Positions 8,308 through 17,599 of a stretch of 64,000 nucleotides of DNA are shown piece by piece. Under the pieces are notes generated by a model. It was not told the DNA's origin. It saw only the letters and a program-made list of their open reading frames with translations, and did no database searches. Source of the stretch: a virus. Both the position numbers and the translations under genes were made by a program. The stretch covers positions 17,075 through 81,074 of the IMG/VR virus record IMGVR_UViG_3300049740_002954; one strand, written 5' to 3'. Positions within the stretch are counted from its first letter, which is position 1. Each line of letters begins with the position of its first letter.

Positions 8308-10178
8308 TGACTTGGGAAACAGGAAATCAATTATCAAGAAAAGAAGAGGCGGACTTAAATGAGCAAATTCTTTCTATGGAGGGATTTATAGAAGAACGCG
8401 AAGCAAAGGTTCTTTTGTATAAATTTTTGAGAGAAAATATTACTTTTACTGCCGATTTGATTAGCGGTGTTAAGCTTTTTCCTTTTCAACACATGGCGAT
8501 TAAAGCAATGTTTAGTACGGATTACTTTATGGGAGTTTGGAGTCGGGGAATGAGTAAGTCATTTACCACCGCAATATATGCATATCTAGATGCTATACTT
8601 AATCAAGGCGTAGAAATTGGTATACTCTCCAAGTCTTTTCGACAAGCAAAAATGATATTTAAAAAAATAGAGGATATTGCGTCTAAGCCTGGAGCCCATT
8701 TTTTATCTCAATGCATTACTCATAAATCTAAAAGCAATGATGAATGGCTGCTCGAAATAGGTAGTAGTAGAATTAGAGCTTTACCTTTAGGCGATGGAGA
8801 AAAACTGCGCGGTTTTCGATTTCATAGAATTATTATTGACGAGTTTGCTTTGATGCCCGAAAGAATTTATAACGAGGTTATTATACCCTTCTTGAGTGTT
8901 GTAGAAAACCCCACTCAACGAGAAGAGCTTTACAATCTTGAAACAGAGATTATAAAAAAAGGAGAGATGAAAGAGGACGAGCGACATATTTGGCCAAACA
9001 ATAAACTAATTGCCTTATCTTCTGCAAGTTATAAGTTTGAATATATGTATAAAGCCTATGAGCAGTTTGAGGAATTAATTAATATCGGTAGTAATAAGCA
9101 GTCAGATGCGCATAGAACTATTATGCAATTCAGTTACGATTGCGCACCCAAACAGCTTTACGATCAAAACTTGATTAACCAAGCAAAATCTACAATGAGC
9201 CAAAGTCAGTTTGATCGAGAGTTTGGATCTATATTTACAGATGATAGTAGTGGATATTTTAAGACATCTAAAATGGCAGCCTGCACTCTAAAAGATGGAG
9301 AGGCCCCAAATATAGAAGTGTGTGGAGAGGTTGGCGCTAAGTATATCTTAGCTTTTGACCCGAGTTGGGCAGAAAGTGAAAGTAGCGATGACTTTGCTAT
9401 GATGGTATTGAAATTGGATGACGAAAAAAAGATAGGAACGGTTGTTCATAGCTATGCTCTATCTGGAGCTAATTTAAAACAACATATATTTTATTTTTAT
9501 TATTTATTAACTCATTTTAATATTGTTTCTATTGTTGGCGATTATAATGGGGGAGTGCAATTTATTAATGCATGTAATGAAAGTAGTTTATTTAAAAAGA
9601 AAAAAATTAATATTGGATGTTTAAATACTAATTTTGATGATTTAGAACATTATCAAGATAAGCTAAAAGAAGGAAAAAAAGAATATAATTTAGAAACTAG
9701 AAATATTTGCTATTTAAGAAAGCCTACTAGCCAATGGATTCGACTCGCAAACGAATTATTGCAAGCAAATTTTGATCACAAAAGAATTCATTTCGCATCA
9801 AGAGCTATTAATGATGCATATAACGAACAAAGGAATAAAAAAATTCCAATACAAGATCTGCAATTTTTAAGAACATCTCAAAGTTTAGATAAGCAAACTA
9901 ATGCTGCAAAAATGATTGATTTTGTGGAGCATCAATTTGACATGATAAACTTAATTAAATCACAATGCGCGCTTATTCAAATAACAACTTCATCTGGAGG
10001 CACTCAAACTTTCGACTTGCCTTCAAACCTTAGAAGACAGACTGGGCCAGAAAAGGCTAGGAAAGACTCTTATTCTGCGCTTGTCTTAGGAAATTGGATG
10101 GTGAAATTATATTACGATATGACAAATACTAAAATCGAAAAAGTTAATTATACTTTTACTCCCATGTTTATAAAGTAA
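8307..10178 (+). CDS. terL: Terminase large subunit
   Basis: LFPFQ adenine-binding motif, Walker A SRGMSKS, LRG...IIIDE Walker B, ALSSA motif III, RNase H-like AFDPS and KDSYSAL. Confidence 0.9.
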   Translation: MTWETGNQLSRKEEADLNEQILSMEGFIEEREAKVLLYKFLRENITFTADLISGVKLFPFQHMAIKAMFSTDYFMGVWSRGMSKSFTTAIYAYLDAILNQGVEIGILSKSFRQAKMIFKKIEDIASKPGAHFLSQCITHKSKSNDEWLLEIGSSRIRALPLGDGEKLRGFRFHRIIIDEFALMPERIYNEVIIPFLSVVENPTQREELYNLETEIIKKGEMKEDERHIWPNNKLIALSSASYKFEYMYKAYEQFEELINIGSNKQSDAHRTIMQFSYDCAPKQLYDQNLINQAKSTMSQSQFDREFGSIFTDDSSGYFKTSKMAACTLKDGEAPNIEVCGEVGAKYILAFDPSWAESESSDDFAMMVLKLDDEKKIGTVVHSYALSGANLKQHIFYFYYLLTHFNIVSIVGDYNGGVQFINACNESSLFKKKKINIGCLNTNFDDLEHYQDKLKEGKKEYNLETRNICYLRKPTSQWIRLANELLQANFDHKRIHFASRAINDAYNEQRNKKIPIQDLQFLRTSQSLDKQTNAAKMIDFVEHQFDMINLIKSQCALIQITTSSGGTQTFDLPSNLRRQTGPEKARKDSYSALVLGNWMVKLYYDMTNTKIEKVNYTFTPMFIK

Positions 10179-10193
10179 GTGTATTTCACATAA

Positions 10194-11792
10194 ATGGATC
10201 AAGAATTTAAATATACCACCACTTTTGAGAATACAGTTTTTGCTTCGAGCGATATAGAAAACTCTAATATAAGCAAAGCCTCTCTTGAAGCTTTAAAGCC
10301 ATTAATCCCTAAAGATATTAATCTTGATAAAAATATTGATATTATTGGTGTTGCTTTTAATGCTGCAGTTGTTAATAAATTTAATAAAAATGGAGATGGC
10401 ATAGATAGCGAAGCTGCAGTAGCTGTAAAAGATTATTTCGTTCACAAGCCAACAAATATAGAGCATGACAGGGAAAAGATTGTTGGGCATATTGTTTCTG
10501 CGGGGTTTTCAAAATATGGTGGAGATTCTGAGCTAATGAATGAAGAATCTGCTTTAATAGAAGATGGGGCTTATAATATAGCATTGGCTGCAGTTGTCTA
10601 TCGAACAGCTAGCAAGGAATTTGCTGATTTAGTTCTAAACTCTACAGATCCAGAGAGCGACTTTTTTCAAACCGTTTCAGCAAGCTGGGAAGTAGGTTTT
10701 AATGATTATGTAATTTCTGTAGGTGGGGATGATTTAAATGATTGCACGATAATATCAAACCAAGAAGAAATTAAAGCTTACTCGCCTTACCTTAAAGCTT
10801 TGGGTGGAAAGGGCTACTTAAGCGATGGAAGAAAAGTTAATAGATTAATAGTTGGGGATATATACCCACTTGGCATTGGTTTTACTTCAAACCCTGCGGC
10901 AGATGTAAAAGGATTGGTGGCAGAAGATAATAAACCACAAGAAAAACAAACCTCTAGGAATCAACCAATTAGCCAATTAATCACAAAAACTGAAAAAACT
11001 TCCCATTCCAATAAACAAAATGTAATAAACAAAGAACTTAATAATATTATTATGGACAAAGATACAATCATAAATGAATTCCGAGCAGCTTTAGATGAAA
11101 AGCTTGGCAAGCAAGATTTCTCTGAGGAAAGTGTCGCAAGCATTTCTAAAGTGTTTATCGAAGCTATCCGAGAGAAAGGCGAACAGTATGTCGCCGATCT
11201 TGAAAAAGCTAAAGCTGAAAAAGAAGAAGCTGTTCAGGCTCAAAGCTCTCTTCAAGAAAAAGTGACTCAAGTAGAAAGTGAACTTGAAGTAGCCCAACAA
11301 AAGCTTAGCGCTTTAGAAGAAGAAAATGCTGCTAGAGACGCACAAATCAGATTTAATAATCGCATGGATGTTATTAATGACGCATACGAACTTGATGAAG
11401 AAGACTCTAAAATCGTAGCGACTGAATTAAATGATCTTGACGAAAGCGATGAAAGTTTCGCAGAGTTTCAAGAAAAACTATCAAAAATTTGGAAGCATAA
11501 AAACAAAGAGTTTATCGCTACAGAGCAAAAAGCTTTCGAAGATAGAGTGTCTCAAGAAGTAGAAAAGAGGATTTCTGAAACCTCGTCCGCTTCAACAGAA
11601 GAAGTTTCAGACCAAGCGTCTGAAGAAGCGTCAGAAGAAACAACTGAAGAATCAGAAGTTGAGGAAGTTCTCGACTCTCTTGAAGTTGAAGACGCTGCAA
11701 TCGTAAACAATAATGAAAGTTCGTCTGATGGTGAGTCGCTTCGCGACCGCTTCGCAAAAACTTTTAAAGAATCAGTTAAAATTTCATACTAA
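10194..11792 (+). CDS. Prohead protease / scaffolding fusion
   Basis: NKNGD, NIEHD...IVGHI, SASWE protease-type motifs, then long acidic coiled coil; lies between terL and capsid genes. Confidence 0.75.
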   Translation: MDQEFKYTTTFENTVFASSDIENSNISKASLEALKPLIPKDINLDKNIDIIGVAFNAAVVNKFNKNGDGIDSEAAVAVKDYFVHKPTNIEHDREKIVGHIVSAGFSKYGGDSELMNEESALIEDGAYNIALAAVVYRTASKEFADLVLNSTDPESDFFQTVSASWEVGFNDYVISVGGDDLNDCTIISNQEEIKAYSPYLKALGGKGYLSDGRKVNRLIVGDIYPLGIGFTSNPAADVKGLVAEDNKPQEKQTSRNQPISQLITKTEKTSHSNKQNVINKELNNIIMDKDTIINEFRAALDEKLGKQDFSEESVASISKVFIEAIREKGEQYVADLEKAKAEKEEAVQAQSSLQEKVTQVESELEVAQQKLSALEEENAARDAQIRFNNRMDVINDAYELDEEDSKIVATELNDLDESDESFAEFQEKLSKIWKHKNKEFIATEQKAFEDRVSQEVEKRISETSSASTEEVSDQASEEASEETTEESEVEEVLDSLEVEDAAIVNNNESSSDGESLRDRFAKTFKESVKISY

Positions 11793-11804
11793 ATATATAA
11801 AATT

Positions 11805-12425
11805 ATGGCAAAAAGAATACTACCATACCGAGACTACAGTGAACACGACGTCGTAAACTTGTTCGCACTTGAAGTTGGAAGCGCAGACTCTCTCTATGAT
11901 TGGGTCGAAGCTAGCAGCGGAAAGTGGGACGCAGGAGTTGTTGTTTCTGTAAGCGCGGGAGCTCTACCTGGTGAGGTTTCCGAATTGCGTGCATCAACAC
12001 CAGATAATCTTCGTGATTATCTTGGCGCTAGCTTTGATGGCGTGCATATTGGATTCAATGGATACCCCGCTAACGGTATGACCGTTGCTCCTGCTTCTGC
12101 TGGCAGTCGAGGCCTTGGAATCACACTTCGTGAAACCTTGGCTTTTGATGAGAATGGAGAAAAACTTCTCTATTATAAACAAAAACTAGATGAAGCGCAA
12201 GCGGTTCTTCCTGGTCAAACAGTTCCTGTATTGACTCGCGGATTAGTTCTTCTTGGCGCTGGAGCTATTGACGGTTCTGTTTCAGTAGGTGACGATTTAG
12301 AAGTCGCTGCTGGAGGAAAACTTGCATCTCAAACCTCTGGGGCTACAGTTGGTTCTGTAGTCGCTATCGGAGAAGAAAGCGATGACTCCTCTGCAAAGAA
12401 ATATCTCTGCAAAGTTAGCTTCTAA
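11805..12425 (+). CDS. Head decoration / capsid cement protein
   Basis: Small G/A/V-rich beta protein directly before the major capsid gene. Confidence 0.6.
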   Translation: MAKRILPYRDYSEHDVVNLFALEVGSADSLYDWVEASSGKWDAGVVVSVSAGALPGEVSELRASTPDNLRDYLGASFDGVHIGFNGYPANGMTVAPASAGSRGLGITLRETLAFDENGEKLLYYKQKLDEAQAVLPGQTVPVLTRGLVLLGAGAIDGSVSVGDDLEVAAGGKLASQTSGATVGSVVAIGEESDDSSAKKYLCKVSF

Positions 12426-12443
12426 GAAAGGAATTAAAGAATA

Positions 12444-13571
12444 ATGAAAATTACTTTAGAAAGAACACCCGAGCAAGCCGAGCTTATTAAAGCTATGGCT
12501 TCTAAAAATCGTGATGTCGCTTATGAAGCTCAAACTGCATTAGCCGAATTTATTGGCCCAGTTTTGGCAGAAGTTGTTAATACAGCTCCTACTGTAAGCA
12601 ATATGTTTTCAAGTCTTCAATTTAATAGCGATGAAAGTCCAAGCATTCCTTTGGATCTTTATCACGATATTACTGACGAAGATTACATTCAAGTTTGGAG
12701 TCAATCAGTTCCTGGCGGACTTCCTACAAATCAAGTCGCCCCTTCACAAAGCGAGCTTAAGTTCACAACTTATACTCTTGACAGTGCATTGAGCTTCGAT
12801 AAGCGTTACGCTTCTCGCTCAAGACTTGACGTTGTTAGTAAAACATTCACGCGTATGGCACAAGAAATTCTTCTTAAGCAAGAAAAAACTTCTGCCAGCA
12901 TGATTATGACTGCATTAGCCAAAGCAAGCTCAAACGGAGAACAGCATGTTATTCGTTCGGCTCAAAAAGGAGGCTTTTTGCTCTCAGATCTTAATAAATT
13001 ATTTACTAAGGCCAAAAGAATTAATACTTCTTGGACAGGTGGAACTCCTGCTGATCGCCGCGGACGCGGTATCACAGATCTTCTTGTTTCCCCTGAAATC
13101 GTAGAAGAAATTCGTGGATTAGCTTATAATCCAATTAATACCAAAGGTGATAATACAGATATTCCTGGAACCGATAGTATGCGCGATGCAGTATTTAGCA
13201 GCGCTGGAATTCCAGAATTTTATGGCGTATCCATTCAAGAATATAATGAAATGGGTAATGGTCAAAAATGGAATACTATATTTGACACAGCTGCAGGTAC
13301 AACAACCTATGACGACAATTATGCTGCTACTGGTGGAGGAGACCGTGCATTTGACGGTTCCGCTGGAAAAGAGCAAATTCTTGTAGGTGTTGATTTAAGT
13401 CGTGAATCTATGATTCGTGCAGTAGCTACAGACTCAGAATCCGGAGACGAATTCTCTCTAGTAGCCGACGATCAATTCGTAACACGCCAATCTAAAGTTG
13501 GTTATTACGGTTCTCTTGAGGAGGGTCGTATGATCATCGACGATCGTGTTTTACTTGGTCTTATCGTTTAA
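12444..13571 (+). CDS. Major capsid protein (HK97-like)
   Basis: 375 aa, SD-like AAGGA upstream, position after scaffold and decoration genes, strong terminator downstream. Confidence 0.8.
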   Translation: MKITLERTPEQAELIKAMASKNRDVAYEAQTALAEFIGPVLAEVVNTAPTVSNMFSSLQFNSDESPSIPLDLYHDITDEDYIQVWSQSVPGGLPTNQVAPSQSELKFTTYTLDSALSFDKRYASRSRLDVVSKTFTRMAQEILLKQEKTSASMIMTALAKASSNGEQHVIRSAQKGGFLLSDLNKLFTKAKRINTSWTGGTPADRRGRGITDLLVSPEIVEEIRGLAYNPINTKGDNTDIPGTDSMRDAVFSSAGIPEFYGVSIQEYNEMGNGQKWNTIFDTAAGTTTYDDNYAATGGGDRAFDGSAGKEQILVGVDLSRESMIRAVATDSESGDEFSLVADDQFVTRQSKVGYYGSLEEGRMIIDDRVLLGLIV

Positions 13572-13596
13572 TTTTACAATAAAATTAACGTTTTAT

Positions 13597-13632
13597 AAAA
13601 GTCCACCCTGGGTAACTAGGGTGGATTTTTTA
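13597..13632 (+). terminator. Rho-independent terminator after capsid operon
   Basis: AAAAGTCCACCCTGG-GTAA-CTAGGGTGGATTTTTT hairpin with U-tract. Confidence 0.85.
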
Positions 13633-13692
13633 TTTTAATTATTTATAATAATATTATTAATTATGTGTATAACTACATTAAAGATATAAATT

Positions 13693-14100
13693 ATGGCAAG
13701 AAAAAAAACAAAAAATAATCAAACGAGCTCAAGCTCATTTAATAAGGTTAAGTTAGAAGATTTAGAACAAACCAATGGCAAGAGTTATGAAGATCAAGTC
13801 GCTCAAGCTCGAGAGTTAGAGGAAGTGCTTGGTATCCCTAAAATTAATCCTTTTAAAACAAATGATAAAAGAGTTTTTCAGGAAATGCTTCAAGACATGA
13901 ATTTAACTGACCTTCAGACATTCGCGGTAAAAGTTGGCGTTTTTCCTTCTGGAAATAAAACCGTTCTTAGGAATAAAATTAAAAAGGCTTTTGATTCCAG
14001 TTTATACGGAAAAGGGAGTGTTCAGGTTATGGGAGAACCTCTTAAGCTGGATCCAAATAACCCTAAACATAAAGAGGTTCTTGATTATCTAGGAGGATAA
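13693..14100 (+). CDS. Hypothetical protein (head-completion region)
   Basis: ORF after capsid gene with GTGTA motif upstream. Confidence 0.55.
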   Translation: MARKKTKNNQTSSSSFNKVKLEDLEQTNGKSYEDQVAQARELEEVLGIPKINPFKTNDKRVFQEMLQDMNLTDLQTFAVKVGVFPSGNKTVLRNKIKKAFDSSLYGKGSVQVMGEPLKLDPNNPKHKEVLDYLGG

Positions 14101-14101
14101 T

Positions 14102-14620
14102 GTGTCTGATATTTACCCAAATTCCTCTATAGGAAAACTAGCTCTAGAAATTTATGATCACGAGCTTGGTTTTGAGGCTACAGGACAAGCTAAAGTTAAT
14201 GAAATTAATATAATATCAGGCTGGCTAGAGGGACATTTGGGAGAACTAAACAATTTAATATATACTCACTTTAGCGGATCAAGCCCTGAGAGCTTCAATC
14301 TTGAAGAGCAGGCAATACTCAAGGAAATGTATATCTGTGAATATAATAGAAAATCCAACAGAAGGGTTTTAAGAGGTATAGATGGCTCTAGTGGAGAGTC
14401 AGATTTTCAGGTAATTAGAGAGGGTGATTCGATGATTCAGAAGTCAAATAAAAACATTACTGCAAAAATATATCATGATGCATATCTACAATCTCATAAG
14501 CGAGTTCAAGATATGGTCTCATCTTATAATTACTATGGAGCTAAACCTACACAAATAAACTCTGACCAAGTTGCTTTCACTGGAGACAGTTCAAATATAA
14601 GCAATTACTACTATAGATAA
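14102..14620 (+). CDS. Hypothetical protein, possible head-tail adaptor
   Basis: Helical 172 aa ORF in post-capsid position; function inferred from synteny. Confidence 0.45.
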   Translation: MSDIYPNSSIGKLALEIYDHELGFEATGQAKVNEINIISGWLEGHLGELNNLIYTHFSGSSPESFNLEEQAILKEMYICEYNRKSNRRVLRGIDGSSGESDFQVIREGDSMIQKSNKNITAKIYHDAYLQSHKRVQDMVSSYNYYGAKPTQINSDQVAFTGDSSNISNYYYR

Positions 14621-14621
14621 T

Positions 14622-15128
14622 ATGAAAGAAAAATCTCAATCAAATTCACAAGACTTAAACAAAATATGTAAATCTGAACTTTTTCATATATGGAAAAAAG
14701 CCAGACTGCTCTACGATTCCGTTAGCGAAGATACTAAAATGGAAGATTGGGTAAGGAAAAATATTACTAAGGCCTATGATTTAATAGATCAATCCTTAAG
14801 ATATTCTGAGTATGAAAAAATATTTCCGAAACAAGACGAACAGAACTCTGAAGAAGAAACAAATAATTTTTTATCTAACGAAGATAAAAGATACCCCACT
14901 CCAGTCTCTGCAGAAACTGGAGACCAATTTATTACTAGGTGCATTTTGGATGCAAATATGAAAAAAAGATATCCTGTTCAGGGAGATAGGTTTTCTGCAT
15001 GCATGTCAATTTATCACGAAAACAATCAAGGAGAGAAGCCTCATGGTAATCCAGGTGAAAAATTTAAAGATCCAATGCTAAAGCAAGAGGATGAGCTTGA
15101 TAACCCTATTAAACCTTTACTTCCGTAA
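14622..15128 (+). CDS. Two-module phage protein, possible head-internal protein
   Basis: MEDWVRKNITKAYD module and PTP..ETGDQFITRC...YP...RFSAC module joined by an acidic linker. Confidence 0.45.
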   Translation: MKEKSQSNSQDLNKICKSELFHIWKKARLLYDSVSEDTKMEDWVRKNITKAYDLIDQSLRYSEYEKIFPKQDEQNSEEETNNFLSNEDKRYPTPVSAETGDQFITRCILDANMKKRYPVQGDRFSACMSIYHENNQGEKPHGNPGEKFKDPMLKQEDELDNPIKPLLP

Positions 15129-17583
15129 TATCGTATTTAAGGGCGTCTCTAGATACTTTAAATTTAATTAGGCTTCCAGCTATTATTGATTCGTCTAAAA
15201 TCAGACTAGATAAAACATTTTCTATGTTTTTCTGAATAATTCTTTTAATTGGTCTTGCCCCCATCTTTTCTTTAATCGCGAGAGAAGCGATATACTTGTA
15301 TACGCTAGGAGTATATTCCATCTCTATGTTTTTGATTGAGAGCTTTTCTGCAACCATATTTAATTCTAATTTAGCAATTTTTTCTATAGAAGATTGTTCA
15401 AATTCTTCAAAAACTATAATTTCAGTCAATCTATTTAGAAACTCTGGCTTAAAAAATGTTTTTAGTTCTGACTTTAATTTATCTTTATCAAGACCTGAAG
15501 TCTTAGCATTATCTTGAAATCCAATAAATGGTTTTGCTGCTTTTTCTGAGCCTATATTGCCAGTAAGAATAATCACTGTATTATTGAAATAAATTTTTCT
15601 TCCAGTATTGTCTGACACAAAGCCTTCTTCTAAAATTTGAAGTAGCACATTAATTACATCTGGATGAGCTTTTTCAACTTCATCAAAAAGAACTACGCTA
15701 TAAGGATTTTTTCTGACTTTTTCAGTCAATTCTCCACCCTCTTCATAGCCTACATATCCAGGCGATGCACCAATAAGCCTAGAGGCGGATATTTTTTCTG
15801 AAAATTCGCTCATATCTAATTGTATTAAAGCGTTTTTACTTCCATATATAAATTCTGCGATACATTTTGCCGTATAGGTTTTTCCTAGTCCCGAAGCCCC
15901 AACCATTAAAAAACTACCAACAGGCTTTGAAGAATCTTCTAGGCCAGAGCGAGATCTGAGTATGCATTCTGAAATTTCAGAAATTGCTTGATCTTGCCCA
16001 ATTATTTTTTTGTTAAGGTTTTTAAATAAATTTACTAATTTTTTACTGTCTCCTTTTGAAATTTCTTTTACGGGCACTCCTGTTCTAGAAGACACAACTT
16101 CATATATATCTTTAGTGCGTACTTTAATTTTATTTTTTATCGCTTTCGCGGCCCACTTCGAAATAATTCTGTCATACTTTTCAAGCAAATCCATTTGCTC
16201 TTCTGCAACCTGAAGTTTAGAGGCGCCAATAGCTTTTAGGTTTTGCTCTTTTTCTGCAAGCTTTTCTAGCTTTTCTTCAATTTCTATTGCAGATTGAGGT
16301 CTTTTAATATTTTTAATTTTTACCTTAGAGCCTGTTTGATCTAAAATATCAATTGCTTTATCTGGAAAATGTTTATCTCTGATATATTTCTCTGACAGAT
16401 CTACTATTAGTCTCAAAACGCTGTCCCCGTAGTATATCGAGTGAAAATTTTCATATTTTTCTTTTACTCCTTTTAGAATTTGAAAGGTTTCTTCTTTTGA
16501 AGGTTCTTTAATTTTTATTGCTTGAAACCTTCTGTCCATCGCGCCGTCTTTTAATATAGATTTTTTATACTCTACTTCTGTAGTAGCCCCAATGCATTTT
16601 ATTTCTCCTCTAGCTAAAGCGGGCTTAAGGAGGTTTGCTGCATCCATGCTTCCTTCGGCACTACCAGCACCCATAAGAGTATGGATTTCATCTATAAAAA
16701 GAATAATGTCAGGGTTTTTTTTGATTTCGTCTATAATTGACTTTAATCTTTCTTCAAACTGCCCACGATATTTAGTTCCAGCAATGAGTAAACCAAGATC
16801 AAGGGAGTATACGATTTTATTCAGTAAGAAATCAGGGCATGCTCCTGTTACAATTTTGTTAGCCAAGCCTTCTACCACAGCAGTTTTTCCAACTCCAGGG
16901 TTGCCGAGAAGCATTGGATTGCTTTTAGTTCTTCTGCAAAGAATTTCACAAGCTTGATCTATTTCATGTTCTTTACCTATAATTTTATCAATTTTTTTGT
17001 TGATTGCCAGTACGTTCAAATTTGTTGCATATTTATCCAAAGTTGAAGATTTGCTAGCGGTTTCTTTTTTGACTTGCTCAGATTTGGCCTTAATAGCTTC
17101 ATCTTTGCTTGGTATAGTTTTTGATAAATGCAGATATTCTCTGACTTCAGTTATAATATCCTCTTCTTGAATACCTATTTTTCTGAAAAAAGATGGCACA
17201 TCAGACTCTTCATACTTCATTAAGGATAGTAATATATGTTCAACGCCAATATACTCATGACCTAATTTTTCGCTAATTGAGCATGCAACTTTAAGCACTA
17301 AAGTAAAGTGTTCATCATAATCTGGTAGAGAATATTCAATAAAGAAGTCTTCTTCGCTTTGATCTAAAACCAAGGACTCTTCAACAAATTCTTTCAAGTA
17401 AGATTGCTCCACTCCTAGCAAAAATAATATTTCAGTTAGTATGCCTGCATTTAAATTCAACATTCCGTAAAATAGGTGATTTAGACTAACCTTCGGGCTT
17501 TTGAATTTTATTGCGACTTTTTTTGCTTCGTTAATAGCTTGTTGAGCTCTCGGCGTAAAATTAGGTTTTGGGGTCATCTTCAT
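15109..17583 (-). CDS. clpC: ClpC-like Hsp100 AAA+ unfoldase
   Basis: Clp N repeats, GNPGVGKT/LFIDEIH (D1), DKAIDILD, GASGLGKT/VLFDEVEKAH (D2), FIGF ClpP-docking loop, GARPIKR. Confidence 0.9.
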   Translation of the reverse strand: MKMTPKPNFTPRAQQAINEAKKVAIKFKSPKVSLNHLFYGMLNLNAGILTEILFLLGVEQSYLKEFVEESLVLDQSEEDFFIEYSLPDYDEHFTLVLKVACSISEKLGHEYIGVEHILLSLMKYEESDVPSFFRKIGIQEEDIITEVREYLHLSKTIPSKDEAIKAKSEQVKKETASKSSTLDKYATNLNVLAINKKIDKIIGKEHEIDQACEILCRRTKSNPMLLGNPGVGKTAVVEGLANKIVTGACPDFLLNKIVYSLDLGLLIAGTKYRGQFEERLKSIIDEIKKNPDIILFIDEIHTLMGAGSAEGSMDAANLLKPALARGEIKCIGATTEVEYKKSILKDGAMDRRFQAIKIKEPSKEETFQILKGVKEKYENFHSIYYGDSVLRLIVDLSEKYIRDKHFPDKAIDILDQTGSKVKIKNIKRPQSAIEIEEKLEKLAEKEQNLKAIGASKLQVAEEQMDLLEKYDRIISKWAAKAIKNKIKVRTKDIYEVVSSRTGVPVKEISKGDSKKLVNLFKNLNKKIIGQDQAISEISECILRSRSGLEDSSKPVGSFLMVGASGLGKTYTAKCIAEFIYGSKNALIQLDMSEFSEKISASRLIGASPGYVGYEEGGELTEKVRKNPYSVVLFDEVEKAHPDVINVLLQILEEGFVSDNTGRKIYFNNTVIILTGNIGSEKAAKPFIGFQDNAKTSGLDKDKLKSELKTFFKPEFLNRLTEIIVFEEFEQSSIEKIAKLELNMVAEKLSIKNIEMEYTPSVYKYIASLAIKEKMGARPIKRIIQKNIENVLSSLILDESIIAGSLIKFKVSRDALKYDITEVKV

Positions 17584-17599
17584 TATAATACACTCTAAA

